From Heteronotia binoei (lineage: Eukaryota): a DNA stretch of 64,000 nt. Under the pieces are notes generated by a model. That model worked only from the letters and a program-made list of their open reading frames with translations. It searched no databases and had not been told where the DNA came from. Below, piece by piece: positions 12,926-26,186 of this stretch (its first letter is position 1; each line of letters begins with the position of its first letter). Position numbers and translations under genes: made by a program. Where the stretch lies: NCBI RefSeq assembly GCF_032191835.1, contig NC_083235.1:29636001-29700000 (forward strand), read 5' to 3'.

Positions 12926-15900
12926 CACACAAAGGTGTCCAAACCCTACAGTGGAAGGCAGGTGTGTGTAGCCATGCACACGTATATGCCTGCAGTTTAC
13001 ATAAAGTACAGGCACAAATACACCCTCTGGCAAAATTCTGAAAGTGTGGTTCTAACTAGTTTGGAAGTAAATGAGCGTCTTTCATTCTTGATCTCTCAGC
13101 CAATGCAAATCAAACCAGATGAAAATAATTATAAAGTTGGTTCCAAGAAAGGTGTTTTGTTGTGAGTAAGCCAGAAAGTGCAATGGATAACAGCTCCCCT
13201 TCCTTTTGTATGTGTGTAACCTTTTCTCCAGGATTCTGCCTTTGCTGCTGACTGAACATCCCAGTCCACTAGTCTTTATAATTTAAATGCTTGATTTTGC
13301 TCATATTTAAGGTCCTCCCATAAATATGTTTATTCAGAAGTGCCTTTCATTATTTCTCAATGGATTTAAAGTAAAAACAGTTCAATCAACATTGTTGATT
13401 GGTCTCATTGTAATGCTGTTTTTCAGGAAGTCCAAGGATACTTTAAAATGCGGTGATCCAGGATTCCAAACTTAGACCAGTGAACACTGGAGATGAGTAT
13501 GGCCTACAGCAGGGAGTCCCCGGAAACCTCAATATATATATTTTTAATTCTCTATTGTTCATGCTTAAATTCAGTGTTAATCTAAGTGCTATATAATACA
13601 GTTAGTTCAACATTCCTTTTCTGATGTTCACCAAGGGAACATGATGTAGGAAATTTTTTTATCATCAGTACAGAATGTAAACAAGTCACACAAAAAAGGT
13701 TGTAGGGCTTTGGGGTGAACTTGTAAGAAGCACCGAGAAACTAAAACACAGAACCAAAGAAAGAGTAACCAGAAAAGGTAACACCATGTATCAGTCAAGT
13801 ATCCACCAAGTAACCCTAAAGCAGAACCTTTTCCTATAAATCGCTTCTGTCTTCCTTGTTGGCTTTGTAGGTGTGTAGGTGTAGCTATGCTTCTTAGGGC
13901 TTAACAGGAAAAAAATAATGAAAGGCCTATTGAGTGCCTTCATGAGTGAAATTTGATCATCACATGTTTTCCAGGTATAAATGGGAAAACTAGAAACACA
14001 GGGGAGAGGGGCAGTCTCCAAACTGCCATTTCCCCAATGAAGGAAGCATAGACACCCAACATTGCTCTTAAAAAGCTTTTTTAAAAAAGCAAATTTGTTT
14101 TCCTGCCCTAATATATATCTCCCTTTGTTCTAGGAGACACTTATCTCCATTTTCTTGAAGATGACCGAAGAATGAGTTTTACCTTCTAACATAGGTCCAG
14201 CAAGTACTAGATAAACCAACTGCCTACCAGGCCTATCCTTTCTAGCAATACATTTGAGCATACTTCAAAAACTCTCTGTAAATTTGAGCATACTTCATAT
14301 CTCAGTAAATCTTGCAGAAGGCTGCCTCTGTGCTCCAGCCTCCCTCAAAACTGTTGTCAGCTTCTCAGACCACCTCAAGAGTCTTCCACTGGTGCTTTGC
14401 TTCATCAGTGAAGCAAAACCTCCAAAACTCATGATGCCTCCAGGCTATTGGGAATTTCTCGTGTTGCTGGGATAATTCCACTGACGAGGATACCTTGATA
14501 TTTTTGGAAGGGCCAAAGAAGACCTACCAATGACATTAGAATATGCACACAAAAGTGAATGTGAAAGCTCACACCTTGAATAAAGCTGTGCTGGTCTTAA
14601 AGTACTCAAAATTTGTTTTACAGTTTCACACCAACACAGATGCCCACCTGGATCTATGAGAATATGTAACCCTACATTTCCAGTTGATTTCAATTGAGGG
14701 TGTGAAAGAGGTGTTGAATTAACCCCACTGGAAATGATCATATGTCACCACTACATCTGAATCCTAAACCCAACTGTACTTTTAGTCTCTCTCTATGTCT
14801 GTCTGTCTCTGGCCTACATCAACTGCAACTGTCATTGCAAAAAGCCTCAACAGTTCTAGTAAAGGCAGCTCCAGCAAATCTCTCTCTGCCTTTCTGTCTG
14901 AATCACTTATCCTCCTTAGGATGACAAAGGGTGAGAAAGTCTCCAGGTTAGACATGTATCAACTGGGTGGGAAAAGGAGAGCCAAAGTGTTGTAGCATCT
15001 TAGAAACTAGCTGGGTTATTGTGATATAAGATCAGCCCTGGGCTGCTCCATAAGTGAGCCTCACTAAAGTGAATAGACAATGTGGGGAGATGAAGGAATA
15101 ATTGAAGAAGCTCAAGGATACAGCAACAGCATGAACACTGGCCTTTGCATAATGCTTTTTGAGCGTGCAAGGCGCTTTACACCCAACAGGATAACGCCCT
15201 AAGGCTGCACGATCTTGTTATCCCCCCACCCCAAGACTACATATGAGCTGAACCAGAGAGACAGCAGGGGTTGCCCCAGGACATCTAAGCAGTTTATGAA
15301 GGAGGCCAGGATGGAACCGAGGATGTCCTCCCTTGTGGCTCAGGGAGTTTTCAAGGTGGGAAACTGCCTCTGTGACAAATACTAGAGCACACACACCCTG
15401 CCTCTAGTTTTCCTTGGGACGATGAGAGGACGAGGGTCAAAGGGAAGGATCTGAGAGAAGACCGAGGCTGCTTTTGGAATTCCGATTCACACACCACGCG
15501 GAGGGAACAGCTCCTGTCTGCCGGGAAAAGTGTTCTCTCCAACTTTCCTTCCCTGCCCTCCATCCACTTTTTCCTACCGCTCGGCTCTCCGGCCTAGCTC
15601 CTGCCTTTCCGGTGCGCCTTCCTGTACCCTCACCTGCCCAGACGCCCAAGAAGCAAACTTTCCAGCCCAAGCCAATGCGCATGCACTTCCCTTCCCACTC
15701 ATCCACCTCCAGCCCCCCCAGCCCACCCTTTCCTTTTAAAGCTACCGGTGTCCTCGTGGGCGCCTCAAAGGATCCGGAGCCGAAACTTCTTGACAGGACT
15801 TTCTTTTTAGGAACAAACATGGCTTTTAACCCGCCCCCTCCCCTGCGGTCCCCGGTACGAATCAAGCCTTGCAGAGAAGTGTAGAAAGTAGATGAGGGGA

Positions 15901-18900
15901 GGAAAGAGGAGGCGAGTGAAGCAATCTCGGCCTCACCAGTCTCCTAAGCGTTGGCTCCTTATCTAATTTTCCACAAGCCCCCCGAGGAGGGGAAGGAGGG
16001 GAGGGGGGGGGGGAAGAGGTCTGATCTTTCTTCCTGATCGTCGGCGCAGCAAGACGGCGGAGTGAGCCAACTCCCCCGCCGCCGCCGCCACACGCACCCT
16101 CCTGACTCACAGCACTTTCGCCCCCCTGCCCCCGGACTCAAGGTGCAACTGAACCTCGCCCCCCCCCCCCCCAAAGCCCCGACAAAGCTCGAGATAGTGC
16201 TGAAAGCAAAGAGAGACGGAGGAGGGGTGGGGGGAGAGGAGGAGGTGGGGGGGGGAGAAACACCGAAATTAACTTACAGATCTCGCCAGGGATCCATTTG
16301 GGGGGAAGATGTAGCTTCCCCAACAGCCGCCCGAGCCGTCGTAATCCGCACTAACTGCCTTGTCCCACCGTCCCAGCGTTAAACAGCTCTAGCAGCTGCG
16401 ATGGTGGACAGTTAAGATTATATATGATGTAAATATATTGTGGGTATGTCAGCTCCCCCAAACCATAAAACTTAGTTTAATGACACCACGTGCTCACCGA
16501 GAGCCATTCAGGGCCTTTGCTTTGGGCTATCCACATAAATAACCTTCAAAAGTTTTAAACTACTAAATTCACTTAGAAGCCACGGGTATTTTCGCCTAAT
16601 GTTCTGAGGGAAAGGGGGGAAAGGCTTGGCTTTTAAAAGTCCTGGATTATTATTATTTGTTTTTCCCTCTCTTCTCTCCCCCCCCCCTCCTCTGTGTCTC
16701 TTTGAAAGCACACAAACATTGGGACTTTAGGTCTCTCTCTCTCTCTTCTTCCCCCCTTCCCTCTCCCTTCCTTTCTTGTTTGGAGGCCTTTTTTTAAAAA
16801 AGTCCCCACTGTGTTGACACGGATGACAGTGAAGGTAAGCGATGTTTCATTTCCTTCTTGACTTTGCAAGAGTTCTTTTAGGGAGGAGGGGGCTGGAAAG
16901 CAGGCAAAAAAAAAAAAAAGAGGGGAGGGGGTGAGGAGGGGGCTAAGGTACTGAACGCCGAAAAGCCAACGACAAGCCCAACAACCAAATTATTAATCAG
17001 TCCTGAAAAATTACTTTTTAAAAAGACAGGGATGGAGGCCCGAATAGTCCCCACGTTGTTCGCTGGATAAACGAATAATTAATCATAAGGCTGTGTGTAC
17101 CCGGCTGGTTCGCGTTATGGTAATGGAAAAGTTTGGGCTGCTACGCGCGAAGGGTCTCTCTCGCTCGCTCCCTCTCCCCCCCCCCCCAAATAAAACAAAA
17201 AGTGCATCTGATTTTGTTAACCCTAACCTGTCAAGCCCAATTATTCTTTTGGCAGACTTCCGATTAAAAGGCAAGGCCAGGCCAAGATTTAAAGAATAAT
17301 AGAAGGGGAGGGCAGAAGGCCTTAAGACAAAATAGATTAAAACAGATGTGTTAAAAAGAAAAGACACCTATAGGCTTAAGAGAAAAGTTACCTAGACAGG
17401 CGACTTCCTTTTCTGTGCCTGAGTGAATAGGTATACGCAGCTCTTATTTTCCCAACATCGGCAAGTTTATGTGTCTGAAATGGTCCTATCATGTGCTATA
17501 TCATCTTGTTTCCTTATAAAGACGTAGTATGAAATAAAAGACTTTTGGGGGGGGGGGGTGGTAAAAAAAAAATGTATTTTACAATCCCAAAGGATAGCCC
17601 TGCATCAGACAAGAAAGTCTAGAGCTTTGATCTGGTTTTACCCTGCTTTTATGGACAGTTGATGTCTAAACAAACAAGCGAACAAACAAATAAAACGACA
17701 AATTGATTCAGAAAAGGGGAGGGGGAAAAGAGTCTTTGGAAAGGACAGTAAAATTGCAATTAAAGAAGCGGTCATCGCCTTCGCAACAATATTGTTTGAT
17801 CCTGTCGGAGACTGCTCCATAAGAACGGCAATACTAAAAGCACTGGACTATTAGGAAGAGGACAGGGTGTGTAGGTCGGAGGGACACCATACCAAGTGGG
17901 AATTTTTTTCCTGGGAGACTGCTCCAGTGATGCCCTTAGAAGTTTCCCTCCTCATGAAAAGAAAGGTTTGTTTCCAGGTTCAGGAAATTGCTGCATTGTT
18001 TGGAACTTGTAAAGGAAACACTATAAAGGTTTTATTGAGCCATTTAGGGTCCCCCCACCCCTCCCCGAGTTTGCTTCTACTGTAAATAGTTCTGGAGACA
18101 GGCCAGGCATGCCCTCTGAGTATGTGAATGTGTAGGTGAGGAAGAGAGAGGGAGAGACAGAAAGAGAAAGAGGGGGGCAATGGTTGGTGTATAAGGTGAA
18201 TGCATGTACGTATCTTGCTGAACACGAACAGCACGCACCAAAAATACGTGTGCAAGCTCTCTCCGAATGTCCATTGGCCCGTTCCCCTAGTTAAGTCAAA
18301 CGTTTAGGTGCCTGGACACGATAAATATATAAGATGATATAAGCTGTTCTTTTAAAAGCCTTAGGAACCTGGGAGTGGGGTCTTCAAGCACCAGGAAAAA
18401 TATAAGCAGATTTTCAAGAAGAGAAGTTGCACTTTCTTCTCCTTACAAAACATCTAAACCCGAGAAAGTTTCCCAAGGCGCCCTCTTGATAAAATCATCA
18501 AGAGTAGCCTGACCTACCCTACCGACCAGTCCTACCATTCTCAACTAATCCAATCGAGGACATTCCTGGAGTAAAACAAGTACCTTCACAAAGTCAAGTG
18601 GAAGTGAATGGGAAGTGACCCGGAGGTAGAACTGTTTACCCGACCCAGCGATTCTGTCCGGTGATTTTTTAAAAAAATGTATATATGGGTTTTTTGGCAA
18701 GAAGGTTTTCTTACTATCTGAACAATTAAGATTTGAGGCATGAGAGAAAGGGGAAAAGAAGAGAAGGAAACGTACCAAGTTCTTTGAAGGTCTGTCGAGG
18801 AACTCAAAGCTACGGTATACACACGCTAGGTTGCCTCAAGAACAGTTCAACATTTCAGGAAAGGCCCAGCCAAGGAAAGGAAAGAGCTAGTTTGTGAAGA

Positions 18901-19432
18901 CAGTAGTGACAGACAAATGGAATATACACAGAGTGCAAAAAGTACTAGGGAAACAAGATTTACATTTGTCCCTACTCTAAGTTTATATGAAACTGTGACC
19001 GCCCCAATCTCGTGAATATTTGTTCGCAAATAAAAGCTTCCTTACGATCTTACTGATAAGCGAGACCCTTTGATCTGAAGAGGACTCAGGAAACCCAGAA
19101 ACAGTGAAAGTTTGGATTGAGCATTTTGGTTTTTTAAGAATGGTTTCTATTCCCATTGGACTCAATGGGATTTGCCAGAGGTTCACTTTGGTTGAATTGT
19201 GTCTCAAGATTTTTTTTGTTTTGTTTAGCCTGACAAAGGGTATAGGTTAAAATCAAGACGATTTGCCTCCCTCCCCTGTACCTGAGATATTTTTTGAAAC
19301 AAACCAACAGCCGAGGGGGGTGGGTGGTAGGTAAAAGTTGGACCAGAACCACTCAAGAAAAAGGCACCTTTGAAAGAGTTCTCCTTTCCGCCACGCCAAA
19401 CCTGGCCTTAATTTGTTGAAGTATTATTTACG

Positions 19433-19438
19433 TTTATT
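19433..19438 (-). terminator. Probable Hoxc5 polyadenylation signal (AATAAA)
   Basis: tttatt on the + strand, about 1.3 kb past the stop, at the end of an AU-rich UTR-like block. A nearer AATAAA at about 20502 is an alternative. Confidence 0.4.
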
Positions 19439-20724
19439 CAATATGACAAAATATATATGTTCCATGGTTTTTCCACATATGAAATTACAACCAATAAATA
19501 TATGGAATACAACATAGCGGAGAGGAATGGGGGACGTGACTAGGACAGTCTACGGGTAAACAAAAGGTGTACATTTGTATGAAAATTCAGCATATTTTGA
19601 GTCGTTGTTTTTGCAAGGCTAACATTAATTACGCAACAAATAAATACACAGGAATATTTAAGTCGAGAGACTTCCCGCTCTTCTCCCCTCCCCCCACCCA
19701 CTCCCCAACAGTGCTTTAAGATTTTTGCACAAATATCTCCCAAGGGAGACTCTAAAGCAGATTTAATCATCGTCCATTCACTTTTTCTTTCATATGCAAA
19801 TAATACAAAAATAAGTCAGTGAGGAGGGAGGTGGGATAATAAAACGAAACACACACATAAACACTCATTTCCTCCCCCCTCCCCCCAAACTCGTCTCTTA
19901 GCGAGTATATCCACCCTCCTCCCAACGTTTCAGGTTAAGTGCATCCAGGAAACCACATTCGTGGCCACTTCCAATCCACCTCAAAAGTAAAAACAGGGTC
20001 TCTCACACTCGGAACATGCTGCTTGGCCTCAGGCATATTTGCTCAGACGTAAGTCTCCATGGAGTCCGGTAGGACTCGCCGGCACATCCAGTGTGACCAA
20101 GGACTCTAGTTTTCAATCCCATTGGTCTTGGATAGGAAAGTCTGGAGGCATCTCCGAAGAGATGACTTCCGAGTTCTGGCGGTGGGGAACCGAGTCTTGA
20201 GGACTTTCTCCAAGTCCTGAAGATTTCCCCCTCTCCTCCTCCCCTCCCCACTTTTAAAACTCATAACTTGGCCTTCGGGATCCTTTCCTACGCTTAGGAC
20301 AACGCGCTACTGGTAGTGATGCGGACGGCTGGTCAAATGTCACCCAACTTCAGCCCCGAGGTGGGCTGCGATTTGACCCAGCAGGTCCCCCAGTTTCCCC
20401 ACCCTTCGGCAAGTTAGAGAGCGCGGCTGGTCAGGAGTCGTCCAGAGGAGCTTAAGAGTGGGTTCTACTGCAAGCTAAAGTCCAGGGGTGGGAGGGAGAG
20501 CTTTATTTTGCATACTAATAAGAAAACGCCTTTGTCTGATAGATTTGCCGAGTAAGAAGCTCAGTCCAGTCCGCAGCCCCCCCCCCACCCCACCCTTTCC
20601 CACTCTTCCCTCCAAAGGGGGGAAAAAAGTTTTGTCAAGGTAGGTTGCCCACTCTCCTCAACACGAAGTGACTCCCCCCATTGCCGCTGCCGCCGCCGCC
20701 CCCCGCCCGGTCCCAGGCTTCTAC

Positions 20725-20939
20725 CTAGAGGGCTTCTTTGCTTTTCATTTTGGAATCTTTCTTCCATTTCATCCGCCGGTTTTGAAACCATATTTTGATC
20801 TGCCTTTCATTCAAACACAGGTTGTTGGCAATCTCTATGCGCCTCCGGCGGGTGAGATATCTGTTAAAATGAAACTCTTTTTCTAGTTCCAGAGTTTGGT
20901 AGCGAGTGTAGCTGGTTCTGGAGCGTTTGCCGTCTGCTT
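20725..20939 (-). CDS. HOXC5: Homeobox protein Hox-C5, coding exon 2 (homeodomain)
   Basis: Acceptor ttttcag|AA at 20939. Encodes (E)[70 protein letters not shown]. The IANNLCLN motif and C-terminus are diagnostic of Hoxc5. TAG at 20727-20725. Confidence 0.98.
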
Positions 20940-21660
20940 CTGAAAAAATAAAAGACACCGGATGGTTTTTGTTGATGTTGTTGTTGTTGTTGTTAAAAAG
21001 CACAAAACAAACAAGCCGTGAAGTTGTGTGCTTGTTTTTAGGGGGGGGAGTGTAGAAAAGTCTAAAAGAATTAGGGAGATTCTTTGGTTTTACATAGTTT
21101 TTAAAATCGTTTACTGGTAGATCCAGGGGAAGGGGATGTATTTTCCAATACCTTCTTGCTAAAGTTTGGAGTTCAACCTAAGGCTAGTCCCCCAAGGAAA
21201 TTATTTTTTTACGCAGACCGCGAGAAAAGTCCCTCTGAGAAGGGAAAATTACACCTAGCTGTCCATTCCCTGGACTAGGAAAAGCCCACGGTTTATGGAA
21301 TAAACGTAGCATCGTTTTTTTTAAGAAATCCGTAAACTCCCCCCTTTCAAGAACGCTCAGCCTTTCCAAGTTATTTCCCACCCTAAAAAAAAAAAAAAAA
21401 TCCTTTCCTTCTTTCCTACCCAACCCCCCCAAACGGAATATTGCCTTTATACCCGTTTTGTTTCTATGATCCAATTATGCCGTCATAAATTTGGGCGTAT
21501 ATAGCCTCTAAGCCTTTTAGAGGACAGTTTTACGAGCAATTGATGCCTTAGTCGTAAAATTTACGACCCCAGGTTTTTTTTCCCCCCTTATTATTTGCCC
21601 CGTATGGCCTATAAAACCCAGGCAAATCCTGTGAAACAAAATCGAGAAGCGAAAGTTTAC

Positions 21661-22177
21661 CGTGGCTCATGTGCAGTTTGGTCATCCACGGGTATATTTG
21701 TGGAGGCTGCTGGTGCTGCTGGTGCTGCGGCTGCTGTTGAGGCTGCGGCTGCCTGGGCTGCCCGCTAAGCTGGGCGGTCTGCCCCGGTTCACTCTTGATT
21801 TCCCCATTGCTCTTAGCTCTATCTTCCATCGGCGTGGAGGTGGTGGTGGTGGTGGCAGTGGTGTTACCGGTTTTCTGACTGTAAATTCCTGGGTTTAGAG
21901 AAGCTTGGTCGTCTCTGCCTAAAGTGTGCCCTGAAGATCCCATGACTGTACAGGAAGGTCGGTCGGGGTTAGTTCTGGGGGTTGAAGACATGTCCACACC
22001 GCTCAGAGAGTTGGAAGCCCCAGATGAAGGGAATGTAATGCTCAGATCCAGCCCACTGTAGCAATACCTGGATGGCTGAACCTCAGACACTGATCCATAA
22101 TTCCCATAACTTTGCATGGCATAAGCTGGAACATTTGGATTTTGCTTATAGAACGAATTGGCGACGTAGGAACTCAT
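21661..22177 (-). CDS. HOXC5: Homeobox protein Hox-C5, coding exon 1
   Basis: ATG at 22177 begins MSSYVANSFYKQ. Hexapeptide IYPWMTKLHMSH is followed by donor G|GTAAAC at 21661. 517+215 nt gives 243 aa plus stop. Confidence 0.98.
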
Positions 22178-22369
22178 GTCAGGAATTATATTTCCCCCCC
22201 ACACTCTCTCTCTCACTCTCTCCCTCTCTCTTTCTCTCACACTCCTTTGATTAGGCTTGATTTGTGGCCCTTTTGAAGTTCAGGGTTTTTTGTTCTCTAA
22301 AGTGCAGAATTTATAGGTGGGGATTCTTCTTTTCTTTATTCTATGTGCGCTGCCCAAATATGGGATGTT

Positions 22370-22445
22370 TAAATAGAATCACGTGACGGTGTTGGCCAGT
22401 CATAAATTTGGCTTGATGACCCCAGGAGGTTATTGATGGAAGCCC
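22370..22445 (-). promoter_or_regulatory. Hoxc5 proximal promoter module
   Basis: About 200 bp upstream of the ATG: E-box CACGTG (22380-85), TTGGC, and Hox/Cdx-type GTCATAAA (22399-406). Function is inferred from position. Confidence 0.55.
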
Positions 22446-22534
22446 GTGAAACGTATGTGATATGTTGGCATAGCGAAACCAAAAAAAAGGGGGGGGGGAG
22501 GCCCCACACTCAAAGCACCGAGACAATGAGACTA

Positions 22535-22553
22535 TAGCGTCACCTGGTGCCGG
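22535..22553 (-). promoter_or_regulatory. Candidate CTCF site at the Hoxc5|Hoxc6 boundary
   Basis: Minus strand CCGGCACCAGGTGACGCTA versus consensus TGGCCACCAGGGGGCGCTA. It sits between Hoxc5 and Hoxc6, where a CTCF boundary is known in mouse (C5|6). Confidence 0.55.
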
Positions 22554-23845
22554 GTCTGGGGTATGACGTTTTATAAAATACTACCCCTCTGTTTAACGCT
22601 CCAAGGCTTAAGGGTGTGAAACAACTCAATACGTACAAACGCCCTTAAGCCTTCCCAAGGATGGAAGGCGAGAGCTCAAGTCTCGTCCTCAGGGATTCGC
22701 ACGGAGTTTTTTCTCTGTAAATGTAGATAATGTGAAATACGGCCGTGAACAGAAACGCGTGTAATCATATTTCTTCATATGTGCAGCCCGGATATGAGAA
22801 GCACGATTATGTTATGTACATATGTTGGGTGTGTGTTGAGCGTATGTGCATCTCAGCTTTATATAGGTGCCCTGGTTTAGATAAGAGAGCTGGGTTCGAA
22901 TTCTCTTGGGTTGAGGGAGATTCCATATGGACTTAGACATGGGCTGTGTCACAGGCAATGGTCTCAGTAGGCTTTACGTGTGTTCAGATCATGTGGCTGG
23001 TGTTCATGTATGTGCAGTGCTCGCTTTACATGCATGCATGCATAATAGAAGTATGCATAACTGCTTTTTAAAAAACCGCTCATCCATATGCAGCAGGTGG
23101 GAACCTGGGCTAGATTAATCTCCTGGTCTTCGTGTGAAGTATCTGTGAGCCATGTTGATATCTGTGTGGCTACGTGTGCGTGTGTGTGTATCCAATGGCG
23201 GTTGTGAATCAAATCGGCCCGATCGTAAATCAACTTTTGTGCGGTGGGTGAATCAAATAAACACACACCTTGTCTCTCGTTTATATGGTCTGTATGCTGG
23301 CACGTGAGAAGCCTGTTTATAAAGCTCACCCCCCCCCCTTTTTTTGGAACACAGATAAAGGTATGTGTTCACATTTCCCTTGCTCCTTTCAAACACTAGA
23401 GTGGCTTTACCGGGCTAGTCTAGAGAAATCATATCCCTTTCTTTTGGGGGTTTTAAGAGGACGCCTGAGAACATAACAGGATATCTTTTCCTTTCACTGT
23501 AGGGTTCTAACCCCTGTGATGACCGAGTGTAAATTTAGTTCCCCTTACTTCTGTTTCGATTTTTACATAGCGTTCAAGTTGGGTTTGTATGCATGTGTGA
23601 GAGATTTTAAAACCTTCTCTAATCTGACATTTTAAATCTCTCGCACGGTTTTAGGGGCCTTTGTATAATCTGTAGCTATTTTTTAAGAAATAGCCAGGCC
23701 TGGAGCCAAAACGTTTAATACGGAGGAAAGGGATGTGTGTTTATGCGCCCATGTATACTAAAGATATATTTACTATACATCTTAGATAACATTTAAAATT
23801 TGAGTTCTCTGTCTTACACACAAGCTGGAAACAGGAAAGAAACAG

Positions 23846-23847
<2 letters not shown>

Positions 23848-23878
<31 letters not shown>
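23848..23878. repeat. (CT)n microsatellite
   Basis: About 15 units, read directly. Confidence 0.95.
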
Positions 23879-23881
<3 letters not shown>

Positions 23882-24865
23882 ACACACACATAAATACACA
23901 CAGAGACAGAGAATACAACATGTCTACTGATACATACACTCCCTAAGACAAACTGGAAGGGCTGTGGAGAGGTGGAGAGGAGAAATCAACAAACTGTGCG
24001 GATGCTAGCTGGTCTTTTGTTTAATTCGGTTGGAGCCTCGGTAGTTTGATGCAGCATACCAAGAGGTAGCTGAGGCTCTCTAGCCAGTGGGTATACTTAG
24101 ATTCAAAGATTTCCCTTTCAAAATTGTATCTATTTCTCAAGCGCCTGTGAGCTAAGCAGAAGGCGCAGGACAATTCCTGATCCAGCGACACAATGCAACA
24201 TGAATGGGTGCAATTGCACGCTAGGGTATTTATTACTAACTTTTTTTTTTCGTGTCTGGGGGGGTGGGAGGGAAGGGTTTTCTCCCATTAGCCTGTTTGT
24301 TAAGCCGAAATGCATTTCGAAAGGGCTATAAGAGTTCCGCGACCATCCTCAGCTTGGCTTTCTAAGATTCCAAGGTCGTGGCGGGAAGAATAGAGGAATG
24401 GGTGAAAACATTTTGGGTGTGTGTGTGTTTGTTTGTCTCTATAATGTATTTTGAAAGAAGCATTTGACCTCGGCGATCGTGAAACCCTTTCTGCCTAGGC
24501 TATTTTAAATCAGAACGCCAGAAGGGATGGAAAACAGGTTTCTCCGAGCAATTTTCACCGCACAGTAAGCGACTCGAGTCTCGCCACCTTTGGGCGTGTT
24601 TACGCACCCACTAGACACACGCACACAGGCACAGAAAAGGATCCTAAGCGGATTTAGCCGAAAGAAAGGTCCAATGAACCCAGTAGGGTTTACTTCTGAG
24701 TAAACAGGGATAAGCTGGTAGGGAAAGGCGAAGGAAGATCCTGGCGCCCGGAAAAAAGGGGTTACAGGCGCCAGCATCTTGCGCCCGCCCTTCCAACTGG
24801 AGGGGGAGGGATTTCCCCATAAATTTCAAAAGCCATCCAGTCAATTTTAAAAATAATATCCAGTT

Positions 24866-24871
24866 TTTATT
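24866..24871 (-). terminator. Probable Hoxc6 polyadenylation signal (AATAAA)
   Basis: tttatt on the + strand, about 1 kb past the stop codon, in an AU-rich UTR-like block. Confidence 0.5.
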
Positions 24872-25841
24872 AAATACTCAACCATAGTCTTCTGGACGTG
24901 ACCTTTATACATGATGTTAGAGAGTGTTAACACAAGAATTAATTCTTATTATTTTTTTCTCTTCCTACTTGCTCTAATTCCATTCACTTGATACTGTTTT
25001 GAACGTTTACAGTGCTAAACAGAAATATAAATACAAGAGACCACAAATACAGCTAAAAATATTCACACAGAAACTGTCACAGTTTTGTAGTTATGCATCA
25101 TGACCCCAGGTAGTGTTTAAATACAATTAGTTTTACTCTGGAAAGGAAAAAAAAATGCTATATTTAGGTAGACATCGCTTAGAGACTTGGAGGGGGGGAG
25201 TTAATGAAGGAAAGTCTTTTTTCTCTCTCTCACAGGGCTCGGGAAGTCAATGGTGCCCACCACCCCAAGTGATAGTCATTGTTTTGGGGAGCGAAACTGC
25301 ATAGTGTTCATACTGGCAGGGTTGGTTTCCAGTGCGGCCAAGAAGCGACCTGACAGGGCGGCCTTGCCTTGTTGTAAGCACGGGTTCTGTCTTAGGAGAA
25401 GACATGGAGGGGTGGCGGAGTAGGTAGGTGGGTGGGGGGTTGTTGCATTCAATACAGTAGTCCGTATGCAAAGGTAGATAAATAGGCTGGGGGGGGGTCA
25501 GGAGAAAAGGTGGGTGGGGCTGGAAAGTAAAGGGACTGGTGGGCTTCCTAGGCAAGAAAGCGAAGGCGGTTTGGGACCTGCTGTAGGAAGTGGGGCGCAT
25601 CAGGGATGGAGAGGGGAAGGTGGGGGGGAGGGGAGAGGGCAAAAGAGCTTTTCTCTCGTCCACATCCGTCTCTCGCTCTCTCTCAGCGTCGCCCAGTGCA
25701 TACATGGGGACAGTGGTAATAGAGGAATGGCACGGGAGGAGACCAGCAACGTGGGGACGAGGGTGGCGGAAGGGAAAGGGGGGACCGTGTGTGCTGGAGA
25801 GGAGGGGAAGGGGAACGAAGGGTGGCCGCGCCGTCCACGGT

Positions 25842-26186
<345 letters not shown>

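Noticed and set aside
20940-21660. miR-615 in the Hoxc5 intron
   Set aside because: No match to the mature sequence. miR-615 is eutherian-specific, so its absence is expected.
22178-22240. N-terminal extension MRERERERVRERVWGGNIIPD of Hoxc5 in the ORF track
   Set aside because: It derives from a (GA)n tract in the 5'UTR. The conserved protein starts at MSSY (22177).
22873-22903. tRNA/SINE-like A-box and B-box (GGTTCGAATTC)
   Set aside because: The boxes are only about 7 nt apart, and there is no cloverleaf, tail or TSD.
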